From contig JBGAQA010000011.1 in NCBI GenBank assembly GCA_044220955.1, forward strand, positions 32,001 to 96,000: a stretch of 64,000 bases of DNA, read 5' to 3'. Positions within the stretch are counted from its first letter, which is position 1. The number at the start of each line of letters is the position of its first letter. Below the pieces are notes generated by a model. That model made no database searches. It saw only the letters and a program-made list of their open reading frames with translations, and was not told the origin of the DNA. Position numbers and translations under genes: made by a program. The stretch comes from Sandaracinaceae bacterium. GTDB taxonomy: Bacteria > Myxococcota_A > Polyangia > Polyangiales > Sandaracinaceae. Below are positions 27,895-36,791 of the stretch, piece by piece.

Positions 27895-29427
27895 ATGCGC
27901 GCTTCCATCCTCGCGGCGGTCACGGTCCTGGTCATGGGCGCTTGCCTCGGGGAGCCGGATCCGTCCGACTTCGCGGCCGCCGAGTCGAACCTCACCGCCG
28001 CCCAACGACGGGCGCGGGCCGGCCAGATCCGCGACGCCGCGTCCGCGAACGGCATGACGCAGGGCTACCTGCTCGCCGGCATCGCCGACGCCGAGACCAA
28101 CATGTCGCAGTGCTGGTCGGAGCTCACCTGGGCTTGCCAGGGGCCGACCTCGGCCGACTGTGGGGGTGGCCCGGTCGTCGCCGGCGCGGGGGACGGCCCC
28201 TGCTCGCTCATGCAGGGCGGCCTCGGCATGTTCCAGTTCGACGCCGGCACCTACGATCAGACGCTCGCCCGCGAGGGCGACCGCGTCCTGAGCGTCGCGG
28301 GCAACACGGCGGCCGCCGTCGACTTCGTCGTGGCGATGGTCATCCGCTCCTCGCACATCAGCGGCGTGGACACGCGCGATCAGGCGATCGCCTGGCTCAA
28401 CGGCGTCCGCATCGACAACGGGCAGTGGGACGCGTGGATCACGACGGTCACGCACTACTACAACGGCTGCGCGCCCGGCGCGTCGTGCTTCTCGTCGCGC
28501 TACGCGAGCTACCGGGACCACACGGTCAACGTCTACAACGAGATGGGCGCGAGCTTCTGGGCGACCAGCACCTACGGCGCCGCGTTCGTCGCGCAGTCGT
28601 TCCCGTTCGCCTCCGATCCCTTCCCGCTGACGGCGGGCACCGAGATGGCAGGCTACCTCGAGATGCGGAACACGGGGACGGAGGTCTGGCATCCGGGCGC
28701 GACCTTCCTCGGCACCACCGAGCCACGCGACGCGGCGAGCCCGCTGCGGGGCAGCGACTGGCTCTCCGGCAGCCGCGCGGCGACGATCGATCACGACGTG
28801 GCTCCGGGCGAGACGGGTCGCTTCGCCTTCAGCGTGCGCGCGCCGACGACGCCGGGCGACTACGACCAGTTCTTCAACCTCGTGCAGGAGGGTGTCACCT
28901 GGTTCTCCGACAGCGGCGGACCGATCGACCGCCAGCTGGAGATCCGAGTCACCAGCACCGCAGCCCCCGCGCCCGCCTGTCCCCTGGGAGTCGGCGCGGA
29001 CTGGTCGTGCGACGGAAGCGACCGCGTGATGTGCACGGCCGGGATGGTGATGCGCGAGGCCTGCGCGCACGGCTGCGCCGCGGGCGTGTGCAGCCCGGCG
29101 CCCACCACCGACGTCGATGGCGACGGCTTCGCGGCGGACGACTGCGACGATGCGGATCCCTCGATTCACCCCGGAGCGACCGAGGTCTGCGGAGACGGGA
29201 TCGACCAGGACTGCGATGGAACCGATCGGTCGTGCACGGGCGGCGACGGCGGGCCGGTGTTCCGCTCCGACGCCGGCGTGGGCCTCGGCGCTGACGGCAG
29301 CGCGGGCGCGGGCGCTCGCGGCGGTCTTTCGAGCGGCGGCTGCAGCGCCTCGCCGGCCTCCGGCTCCGGCTCCGGCCTCGCGCTCGTGGGGCTGGCCGCG
29401 CTCGTGCTGTCGCGTCGTCGCCGCTGA
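27895..29427 (+). CDS. MYXO-CTERM lipoprotein with lytic transglycosylase/lysozyme-like domain, NBR1-like Ig domain and MopE-like motif (paralog 1)
   Basis: Lipobox MGAC; AGIADAET, GLGMFQF, HYYNG; MRNTGTEVW...V.PGETGRF.F...AP..PG.Y; GGCS...RRRR tail. Confidence 0.72.
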   Translation: MRASILAAVTVLVMGACLGEPDPSDFAAAESNLTAAQRRARAGQIRDAASANGMTQGYLLAGIADAETNMSQCWSELTWACQGPTSADCGGGPVVAGAGDGPCSLMQGGLGMFQFDAGTYDQTLAREGDRVLSVAGNTAAAVDFVVAMVIRSSHISGVDTRDQAIAWLNGVRIDNGQWDAWITTVTHYYNGCAPGASCFSSRYASYRDHTVNVYNEMGASFWATSTYGAAFVAQSFPFASDPFPLTAGTEMAGYLEMRNTGTEVWHPGATFLGTTEPRDAASPLRGSDWLSGSRAATIDHDVAPGETGRFAFSVRAPTTPGDYDQFFNLVQEGVTWFSDSGGPIDRQLEIRVTSTAAPAPACPLGVGADWSCDGSDRVMCTAGMVMREACAHGCAAGVCSPAPTTDVDGDGFAADDCDDADPSIHPGATEVCGDGIDQDCDGTDRSCTGGDGGPVFRSDAGVGLGADGSAGAGARGGLSSGGCSASPASGSGSGLALVGLAALVLSRRRR

Positions 29428-29492
29428 CTGCGATCGCGACGCAGCAGATCGGGCGGCCGGTCCGTGGCACCTGCCTTGCGAAGCCCGGGCCC

Positions 29493-30938
29493 ATGCGCGC
29501 TCTCGCTCTGGCCCTCGCATCGCTCTTCGTGCTCGGCGCGTGTCTCGGGGAGCCCGAGCCGGACGACGTCGTGGCGGCGGAGTCGAGCCTGACGGCTGCG
29601 CAGCGCCGCACCCGCGCCGGGCACATCCGGGACGCGGCCGCGGCGAACGGCATCACGCAGGGCTACCTGCTCGCGGGGATCGCCGACTCCGAGACGAGCA
29701 TGTCGCAGTGCTGGTCGGAGCTCACCTGGGCGTGCCAAGGCCCGCGCTCGAGCGAGTGCGCCGGCCCGGTCGTGGCGGGCGCGGGAGACGGCCCCTGCTC
29801 GGCGCGCCAGGGCGGGCTCGGGATGTTCCAGTTCGACGCGGGCACCTACGACCAGACGCTCACGCGAGAGGGAACGCGCATCCTCACGATCGCCGGCAAC
29901 ACCGCGGCGGCCGTCGACTTCGTCGTCAACATGGTCATCCGCTCGACGCACGTCTCGGGCGTGGGCACGCGCGCCGAGGCGATCGACTGGATCAACGGCG
30001 TTCGCGTCGGCAACGGCCGCTGGAACGCGTGGATCACCACCGTCACGCACTACTACAACGGGTGCGCGCCGGGCGCGTCGTGCTTCTCGTCGCGCTACGC
30101 GCGCTACGCGGACCACACGAGCGACATCTACCGCGAGATGGGCGCGAGCTTCTGGAGCGTGAACCGCTACGCCGCGGAGTACGTGCACCAGAGCTTCCCG
30201 CTCGCGTCGGAGACCTTCCGGCTCACGGCCGGCACCGCCTCGCACGGCTACGTCGAGATGCGGAACACGGGCACACAGACCTGGCGGCCCGGGCACACCT
30301 ACCTCGGCACGAGCGCGCCCCGGGACGCGGCCTCGCCCCTGCGCGCGAGCGACTGGGTCAACGATCACCGCGCCGCGGCCATCGATCGCACCGTGGCGCC
30401 CGGCGCGACCGGCCGCTTCGTCTTCAGCGTGCGCGCGCCCACGACGCCGGGGACGTACTCCCAGTACTTCAACCTGGTGGAGGAGGGCGTCACGTGGTTC
30501 TCCGACAGCGGCGGGCCGGCAGATCGGCAGATCCAGCTGCGCGTCACGAGCGTCGCCGCGCCGCCGCCTCCGCCGCGAGACGCGGGGCCCGTCGCGCGCG
30601 ACGCGGGTCCGCCGCCGCGCGACGCAGGGCACGACGCTGGGCACGACGCCGGGCAGGACGCCGGCCAGGACGCGGCACCGGCGCCCGTGGTCGTCGCCGA
30701 CGCGGGCATCGCTCGCTCGGACGCGGGCCGCGATGCAGCGCTCACGGGCGACGGATCGACGGCCCGTGGCGACGCGGACCCCCCTCACCGCGGCGGCGTG
30801 ATGGTGAGCAGCGGTTGCCGTGCGTCGCCGGGGCGGGGCTCGACCGGGCTGCTCGGGCTGCTCGCCGGCGTCGTCGCGGCGCTCGCGGCCCGCCGAGGGC
30901 CCCGTCCTCGAGGCGCGGGGCCCTGGCGCCGGCCGTGA
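29493..30938 (+). CDS. MYXO-CTERM lipoprotein with lytic transglycosylase/lysozyme-like and NBR1-like Ig domains (paralog 2)
   Basis: Highly similar to upstream gene over about 350 aa; DAG-repeat stalk; SSGC...hydrophobic...RR tail. Confidence 0.72.
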   Translation: MRALALALASLFVLGACLGEPEPDDVVAAESSLTAAQRRTRAGHIRDAAAANGITQGYLLAGIADSETSMSQCWSELTWACQGPRSSECAGPVVAGAGDGPCSARQGGLGMFQFDAGTYDQTLTREGTRILTIAGNTAAAVDFVVNMVIRSTHVSGVGTRAEAIDWINGVRVGNGRWNAWITTVTHYYNGCAPGASCFSSRYARYADHTSDIYREMGASFWSVNRYAAEYVHQSFPLASETFRLTAGTASHGYVEMRNTGTQTWRPGHTYLGTSAPRDAASPLRASDWVNDHRAAAIDRTVAPGATGRFVFSVRAPTTPGTYSQYFNLVEEGVTWFSDSGGPADRQIQLRVTSVAAPPPPPRDAGPVARDAGPPPRDAGHDAGHDAGQDAGQDAAPAPVVVADAGIARSDAGRDAALTGDGSTARGDADPPHRGGVMVSSGCRASPGRGSTGLLGLLAGVVAALAARRGPRPRGAGPWRRP

Positions 30939-31011
30939 CGACCCCGCAGGGCGGCACCGCGCGCCCGTCGTTCTCCCGGCAGCCGTGACGCGATATCCTC
31001 CGCACGGTTCG

Positions 31012-32811
31012 ATGACGGTCTCTCCGCTTCGCGTCGGCCAGACGGTCGGCGGCAAATACAAGCTGCTGCGCGAGAGCGCGCGCAGCGGCGATCTCGGCGG
31101 CGTCGTCTCCGCCGCCTCCGTGTTCGAGGCCGAGCACGTGTGGACCGGCAAGCGCTTCACGCTGAAGGTGCTGGCGGCGCAGGCCGGCAGCTCCCTCGAG
31201 ATGCGCTTCGTGCGCGAGGCGCGCGCGGCGTCGGCCCTCGTGCACCCGAACGTGGTGAAGGTCTACGACGTCGACCGCGACGCCAACGGCGCCCTCTACC
31301 AGGTGCAGGAGCTGCTCGAGGGCGAGACGCTCGCCGAGGTGCTCCGCGTCCGTCGCCTGCCCGTCGATCTGGCCCTCGACCGCCTCCTGCCCATCATGGA
31401 CGCGCTCGCGCTCGCGCACGACGTGGGGGTCGTGCACCGCGACGTCCGCCCGAGCACGATCTTCTTCAGCCGCAGGCACGACGGATCCGTCGTGCCCAAG
31501 CTGATCGACTTCGGCGTGAGCAAGCTCGTCGGCGCGACCGGAGCGGGCTCGCTCGAGCACAACATGACCGTCAACAACGGCTCGCTCGACACGGTCGCGT
31601 ACCACTCGCCGGAGCGCCTCGCGAGCGATCAGATCGACGCATCGGTCGACGTGTGGGCGATGGCGGTCGTGCTCTACGAGACGCTGAGCGGAGCGACGCC
31701 CTTCCAGTCGCGGAGCTTCACGGACATGGCCGTGATGATCGCGACGCGCGACACCCCGCACCTCTGGGAGCGCGCGCCCGACGTGCCTCCGGAGCTCGCC
31801 GCCGTGGTCGATCACGCCCTCGCTCGTAAGCGCGACTGCCGGATCACCGAGATGACGGTGCTCGTCGCGGAGCTCTGCGCCGCCTCGCATCGCGAGCTGC
31901 CCGAGAAGTCCGAGAGTCTGATCGACGCGCTCGCGCCCGTCCACGTCGACACGGACGCCCTGCCGACGCCGCTCGTGATCGAGGCGATCTCGCCGCCGCG
32001 TCCCTCCTCGCGCCCGCCGCCGCGCCGGCCGACGCTCTCGCGGTCGACCGGAGCCGGCGCGCGCATTCGCTTCGGTGTCGTCGGGGATCCGGACGCTGCC
32101 ATCGGCGCCTCCACCGAGGATCGTCTCGACCGCGCCCTGATGACGCGGACCGCGGTCGTGCGCGTACCCTCGTACGCCGACCTGGTGGACGCGCTCGCCG
32201 AGAAGCGGGTGGATCTCGCCTGGCTCGCGCCGATGGCCTCCGCGCGCGCGCGCGAAGCCGGGGCCATCGGGCTCTTCCAGGTGGAGCGCGGCGGGCTCCG
32301 CGATCCGAGGGCGCTGCTCGTCGGCCGCTCCCCGCGGGTCCGCAGCTTCGGCGATCTGCGCGACGCGCGCGCGGCCTGGGTGGACCCGTGGTCGACCAGC
32401 GGCTACGCGCTGCAGCGGCGGGCGCTCCTCGACCACGGTGTCGACCCGGCTGCGTTCTCCGCCGAGGCGTTCCTCGGGACCCACGAGGCCGTCGGCGTCG
32501 CCCTCGCGAGCGGGCGCGCCGACGTCGGGGGCATCGTCGGCGTGCTCGATCGCGCCCGCAACGAGGTGACCGGCCCCTGGCCGGACGGCGCGCCGATCGT
32601 CGTGCTCGCGATGAGCGACCGCATCCCGTCCGAGGTCATCGCGGTCGGGCCCGCCCTCGCGTCGGAGGTCGAGCCGCTGCGTGCCGCGCTCCTGTCGGCG
32701 GGTGTCTCGGCCCTGGGCGCGCTGGTCGGCGCCGACGTCAGCGGCGAGCTGCGAGCCGTCGACGAGGCGCGCTACGCGACGCTCTTCGATCGCGAGTCGT
32801 TCCCGCGCTGA
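31012..32811 (+). CDS. Hanks-type Ser/Thr kinase-like domain fused to PhnD/phosphonate-binding-like domain
   Basis: LKVL, RFVREAR, HRDVRPST, LIDFG, SPE, DVWAM; C-terminal SYADLVDAL...DLAWLAP, WVDPWSTSGY, GTHEAV..A...G.AD. Confidence 0.8.
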   Translation: MTVSPLRVGQTVGGKYKLLRESARSGDLGGVVSAASVFEAEHVWTGKRFTLKVLAAQAGSSLEMRFVREARAASALVHPNVVKVYDVDRDANGALYQVQELLEGETLAEVLRVRRLPVDLALDRLLPIMDALALAHDVGVVHRDVRPSTIFFSRRHDGSVVPKLIDFGVSKLVGATGAGSLEHNMTVNNGSLDTVAYHSPERLASDQIDASVDVWAMAVVLYETLSGATPFQSRSFTDMAVMIATRDTPHLWERAPDVPPELAAVVDHALARKRDCRITEMTVLVAELCAASHRELPEKSESLIDALAPVHVDTDALPTPLVIEAISPPRPSSRPPPRRPTLSRSTGAGARIRFGVVGDPDAAIGASTEDRLDRALMTRTAVVRVPSYADLVDALAEKRVDLAWLAPMASARAREAGAIGLFQVERGGLRDPRALLVGRSPRVRSFGDLRDARAAWVDPWSTSGYALQRRALLDHGVDPAAFSAEAFLGTHEAVGVALASGRADVGGIVGVLDRARNEVTGPWPDGAPIVVLAMSDRIPSEVIAVGPALASEVEPLRAALLSAGVSALGALVGADVSGELRAVDEARYATLFDRESFPR

Positions 32812-32849
32812 GGCCCCGCACCGAGCGAATCGGCCAGGGCGTCCGACAC

Positions 32850-33413
32850 CTACGCCGCGACGGGGGGCGCGAAGGCCACGCGGACGCCTCCGGCCAGGAT
32901 GCCGCCGAGCGCGAGGCCACCGAGCAGGCCGAGCGACTCGCCCGCGAAGAGGCCCGCGCAGCGCACGCCGAGCGTCGCCCCCGCCACGAGGAGCGTGCCG
33001 GCGATCGACTCGGCCGACGCGCGCCGGCCGCGGGCGAGCGGCAGCGCGAGGCCGACGACGGCCCCGAGCAGCACGCCCGCCTCGAGGCAGCACTCCGGCC
33101 GCGTGCAGCAGTCCATGCCCGCGTGCGCCACGCTCGTCGCGGCACAGCACGGGCGCAGGACGCTCATGGGCACGAGCCAGCCCGCGGCGCCGGCCACGAG
33201 CCCGGCCATTCCACCGCGCGCCAGCGCCCCGCCGCGCCAGATCACGAGCGCCCACGCCGCGAACGGCAAGGCGAGCCAGCTCGCCTCGAGGCCGGGCGCG
33301 AGCCTCGTGAGCACGGCGAGCGCCAGGGTCACGAGCAGCGCGGAGGCGAGGGCAGAGCGGGCCCGGCCCAGCTCGAGCGCCCGGCGCGCGCGGGTGGCGA
33401 GAGTGTCATCCAT
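32850..33413 (-). CDS. Putative membrane anti-sigma factor with three vicinal Cys-Cys pairs
   Basis: Directly downstream of and overlapping the ECF sigma gene; about 6 TM helices; loop PCCAATSVAHAGMDCCTRPECC. Confidence 0.65.
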   Translation of the reverse strand: MDDTLATRARRALELGRARSALASALLVTLALAVLTRLAPGLEASWLALPFAAWALVIWRGGALARGGMAGLVAGAAGWLVPMSVLRPCCAATSVAHAGMDCCTRPECCLEAGVLLGAVVGLALPLARGRRASAESIAGTLLVAGATLGVRCAGLFAGESLGLLGGLALGGILAGGVRVAFAPPVAA

Positions 33414-33915
33414 GGCTTGCTCCCAGCAGGGTTCGAAGGCGCGCGTACGCGCGCGACAGGCGCTTGCGCACGGTGGGCGCGGGCAGGGCGAGCGGGGCGC
33501 GGCGACCGAGGAGCGCCGCGATCGCCTCGGCCGAGGGACCGTCGAGATCGGTGACGGCGCGGTCGAGCGCGATCTCCAGCTCGCGGCGCGCGATCTCGGC
33601 GTCGGCGCCCGGCGTCTCGCTCGGAGGGTCGGCCACGAGCGGCGCGTGCGCGCGGACACGCCGCTCGCGTCGCACCTCGTTGGCGACGATGGCGTAGATC
33701 CAGGGCAGGCACGGGCGCCCCGCCTCGAACTCGCTCGCCCGGAAGAACAAGCGCTCGAGGGCGGCCTGCGCGACGTCGTCGGCGACGTCGGCCGCGACGG
33801 CGCGGCGTGCGGCGCGCAGGACGCGCGGGCGCAGCTCGCGGAAGAGCGGATCGAACGCCGCCCGATCCCCGTCCGCGAGGCGCGCCATGAGCGCGTCGAG
33901 CTCCGCCTCGTTCAT
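33406..33915 (-). CDS. ECF-type RNA polymerase sigma factor
   Basis: LMARLADGDRAAFDPLF, DDVAQ, PWIYAIVANE (region 2); TVRKRLSRAYARLR (region 4); in-frame GTG at 33918. Confidence 0.88.
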   Translation of the reverse strand: MNEAELDALMARLADGDRAAFDPLFRELRPRVLRAARRAVAADVADDVAQAALERLFFRASEFEAGRPCLPWIYAIVANEVRRERRVRAHAPLVADPPSETPGADAEIARRELEIALDRAVTDLDGPSAEAIAALLGRRAPLALPAPTVRKRLSRAYARLRTLLGASHG

Positions 33916-33933
33916 CACAGGAGCGTGCGCGCG

Positions 33934-34140
33934 TCAGCGCGCGTCGGCCAGTCCGCCGTGGGCTCCGTGGGCGCAGCAGGGCGATCCCTCGTGGCAGCAC
34001 GGCGACCCGGGGAAGCAGCAGGGTGATCCGCTGAGCGCGGAGTACGCGACGTTGGCGCCGAGGCCGAGACCAGCGGCGGCGACGACGAGGAAGGCGGAGG
34101 TGCAGAGGGCGCGCGCGCGGGTGGAGAAGAGTCGGTTCAT
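33934..34140 (-). CDS. Exported micro-protein with three GSPCC repeats (metallothionein-like)
   Basis: AAAGG RBS; signal peptide ending AYS/A; GSPCCFP-GSPCCHE-GSPCCAH-GAH. Confidence 0.75.
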   Translation of the reverse strand: MNRLFSTRARALCTSAFLVVAAAGLGLGANVAYSALSGSPCCFPGSPCCHEGSPCCAHGAHGGLADAR

Positions 34141-34151
34141 GGAGGTGCCTT

Positions 34152-34871
34152 TCATCCCCTCCTAGCCGCCCGGCGCGGATCCGTGACCGCAATTCGTCGC
34201 AGGGCGCGGATCTCGGGCAGGGACCAGGGCTCCGGGGCGCGCACGACGACCGGCTCCCGCGTCGTGGGGTGCGTGAACCGGACCTCTCGCGCGTGCAGCA
34301 AGGGCCGGTCGAGGCCACGCACCCGCACTCCGTACTTGGGATCCCCGACGATGGGCAGCCCGACGTGCGCGAGGTGCGCGCGGATCTGGTGGGACCGACC
34401 CGTGATGGGCCGCGCCTCGACCAGCGCAGCGCGTCCGAAGAGCGCCGAGAAGCGCTGCTCGAGCGTGACCTCCGTCCGGGCGGCCACGAAGGAGCCGCGC
34501 TCGGCAGCCGTGAGCGAGCCGGGGTCGCGCGCGCGGACGACGTTCCGGTCCTCGTCCTTGTCGAGCCAGGCGTCGACCACGAGCGCCTCGGGCGGGGTGC
34601 CGCGGACGACCGCGGCGTAGCGCCGGTCGACCTCGCCTCGCGCGAACGCGGCGCTCATCGCTCGCGCCTCCGCCTTCCGCGTCGCGAGCATCACCAGCCC
34701 CGACACGTTGCGGTCGAGCCGGTGCAGGACCGCGATCGTGTCCCGACCGAAGTGCGCGCGGGCGAGATCGACGAGGTTCGGACCGTCCGCGCCAGGCTGC
34801 GAGAGGACGCCGGCTGGCTTGTCGACGAGCACCAGCCCCTCGCGCTGCCAGACGACGTCGAGCCCGCTCAT
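34152..34871 (-). CDS. RluA family pseudouridine synthase
   Basis: VDKPAG, HRLDRNVSG (catalytic Asp), TGRSHQIRAHL, PIVGDPKYG, LLHA; ATGA overlap with pcnB. Confidence 0.92.
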   Translation of the reverse strand: MSGLDVVWQREGLVLVDKPAGVLSQPGADGPNLVDLARAHFGRDTIAVLHRLDRNVSGLVMLATRKAEARAMSAAFARGEVDRRYAAVVRGTPPEALVVDAWLDKDEDRNVVRARDPGSLTAAERGSFVAARTEVTLEQRFSALFGRAALVEARPITGRSHQIRAHLAHVGLPIVGDPKYGVRVRGLDRPLLHAREVRFTHPTTREPVVVRAPEPWSLPEIRALRRIAVTDPRRAARRG

Positions 34872-36265
34872 GCGCCGAAGCCGCCGCCTCGTCGTCGCCG
34901 CCGCCGGCGGCGCGGAGCCTCGTCCGGCGGCGGCGCGTTGGCGATCTCCGTCCGGAGATCCATCGGCGTCGCCCCGCGCGCGTGGCAGTCGAGCTCGTAG
35001 AGCATCGCCGCCTCGGGGAAGAAGTCGCGGTGCGCCAGCGATCCGATGCGTCCACGCCGCAGGCGCTGCTCGCAGCCGATCACGGCGCGCATGCGCTCCT
35101 TCATCCGTCGTGGCGGGGCCACGGACTCGGCGAGCCCGGCCATGAAGTCCTCGTACGCGGCGAGAGGATCGCGCGCGCCCTCGAGCGCCTCGTGGATCGG
35201 GCCGAGCAGGAGCGCGGTGAGCAGCACGACGTCGCTCGGCGTCTCGCCGGCGAGGACCCTCGCGTCGACCGCGTCGAGCCGGCCCCAGAGCGTCCTGGCG
35301 CCGCGCGGCCCGTCGTCGAGGAACGTCGCCAGCTCGGGCAGGATCACCGCGAGGATGCCGGTCTCCCACGTGAGCCAGATCGAGCGGTGTGCCGCCCCTC
35401 CGCGCATGAGCCGCAGGATCTCCTCGAGCACGCGCGCCTTGGCGGCCTTGGCGAGCTCCTCGCGCTGCGCGACGAGCGCGTCGTACACCTCGGGGTCGAT
35501 CCCGAGGTCGAGCCGCGCCGAGAACTTGATCGCGCGCAACATCCGCACGGGATCCTCGCGGAAGCGCACGTCGGGCAGGCCGATGGTGCGGACGGTGCGC
35601 TGCTCGAGGTCGGCCATGCCGCCCACGTAGTCGATCACCTCGGCGCGCTCGACGTCGTAGAAGAGGCCGTTGATCGTGAAGTCGCGGCGCAGCGCGTCCT
35701 CGTGCGGCTCGCCGAACACGTTGTCGTGCCGGATCAGCAGGTCGGCGTCGTCGTCCCGTGACTTCGGGCGTGGGGCCAGGACGGTCGAGCCCTCGGTCTC
35801 GCCCTCGCCGATCTCGGAGAAGCCGTCGTCGTCGCCCTCGGCGCTGGGATCGCGGCGGAACGTGGCGGTCTCGATGATCTTTCCGCCGCCGAACAGCACG
35901 TGCGCGAGGCGGAAGCGCCGCCCGATGATCCGGCAGTTGCGGAAGACGTGCTTGACGTCGTTGGGCCTCGCGCTCGTCGCGACGTCGAAGTCCTTGGGCT
36001 TGCGGCCGAGGAGCAGGTCGCGGACGCCGCCTCCGACCAGGTAGGCCGCGTGCCCTGCGCGGTGCAGGCGTCGGAGGACCTTGGCCGCGTCCTCGTCGAT
36101 GTGGCCCGGGGGAAACGTCCGTTCGTAGACGGCGGGGCGCGGCCCGCCGGCGAAGCGGTCGACGTCGGGGGCCTCGGGGGCCGTGATGGGCTCGTCGTGG
36201 TGGGCGCCGCGCGGATCGCGCGACGTGGGACGCCGCTCGGCGTCCGGGGAGGTTCTGTCGTTCAT
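34868..36265 (-). CDS. pcnB: Poly(A) polymerase I
   Basis: YLVGGGVRDLLLG..PKDFDV, PAP signature IIGRRFRLAHV, RRDFTINGLFY, FREDPVRMLRAIKF, basic C-terminal tail. Confidence 0.9.
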   Translation of the reverse strand: MNDRTSPDAERRPTSRDPRGAHHDEPITAPEAPDVDRFAGGPRPAVYERTFPPGHIDEDAAKVLRRLHRAGHAAYLVGGGVRDLLLGRKPKDFDVATSARPNDVKHVFRNCRIIGRRFRLAHVLFGGGKIIETATFRRDPSAEGDDDGFSEIGEGETEGSTVLAPRPKSRDDDADLLIRHDNVFGEPHEDALRRDFTINGLFYDVERAEVIDYVGGMADLEQRTVRTIGLPDVRFREDPVRMLRAIKFSARLDLGIDPEVYDALVAQREELAKAAKARVLEEILRLMRGGAAHRSIWLTWETGILAVILPELATFLDDGPRGARTLWGRLDAVDARVLAGETPSDVVLLTALLLGPIHEALEGARDPLAAYEDFMAGLAESVAPPRRMKERMRAVIGCEQRLRRGRIGSLAHRDFFPEAAMLYELDCHARGATPMDLRTEIANAPPPDEAPRRRRRRRRGGGFGA

Positions 36266-36501
36266 TCTTCCTGAGAGGGACCGTGGCGCCCGCACCGGAG
36301 CGGCTCGCCGGCTCGCCGGCTCGCAATTCGCGGTGCAGTTCCCCGGGGCGCAGAGCGGCCCGACCGGGGTTGCTCCCCGAGCCATCTTCCCGGCACTTCG
36401 CCGGTGAGCGCTCGCGAGGTTCGTCCTCGATCGACCGCACCCGCACGTCGGGGAGGCGCGCAGGCGATGTAGAAATAGCCCCGCCCCGGCCTCGAGGCAA
36501 G

Positions 36502-36529
36502 TTGACTCTGGGGTGGCGGACCCTAGACT
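36502..36529 (+). promoter_or_regulatory. Sigma70-like promoter for the 36570 operon
   Basis: TTGACT-16 nt-TAGACT, 40 nt upstream of the ATG with GAGGAG RBS. Confidence 0.55.
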
Positions 36530-36569
36530 CGCGCGCCTCGCGTCCCTCGGACGAGGAGTAAGGTAGAGC

Positions 36570-36791
36570 ATGAGCAGCCAGGAATTCCTCTTCGACAAGC
36601 GGATCGTCGCGCGCAACGTCGCGCTGGGCCTGGTCGACCAGAAGGCGGTCGACAAGCAGATCGCCGCGCTGCCCGACCGCGAGACCAACGCCACCATCAG
36701 CCAGCCCAACGAAGAGCCCGTGCGTCCCGCGCGCGCCTCGACCGACGCCGAGGACGAGGGCGCGGGCGCCGACGACGACGAAGAGGAGTGA
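36570..36791 (+). CDS. Small hypothetical protein with acidic tail
   Basis: LFDKRIVARNV..G......LPD motif; ends DDDEEE; GTGA coupling to next gene. Confidence 0.75.
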   Translation: MSSQEFLFDKRIVARNVALGLVDQKAVDKQIAALPDRETNATISQPNEEPVRPARASTDAEDEGAGADDDEEE

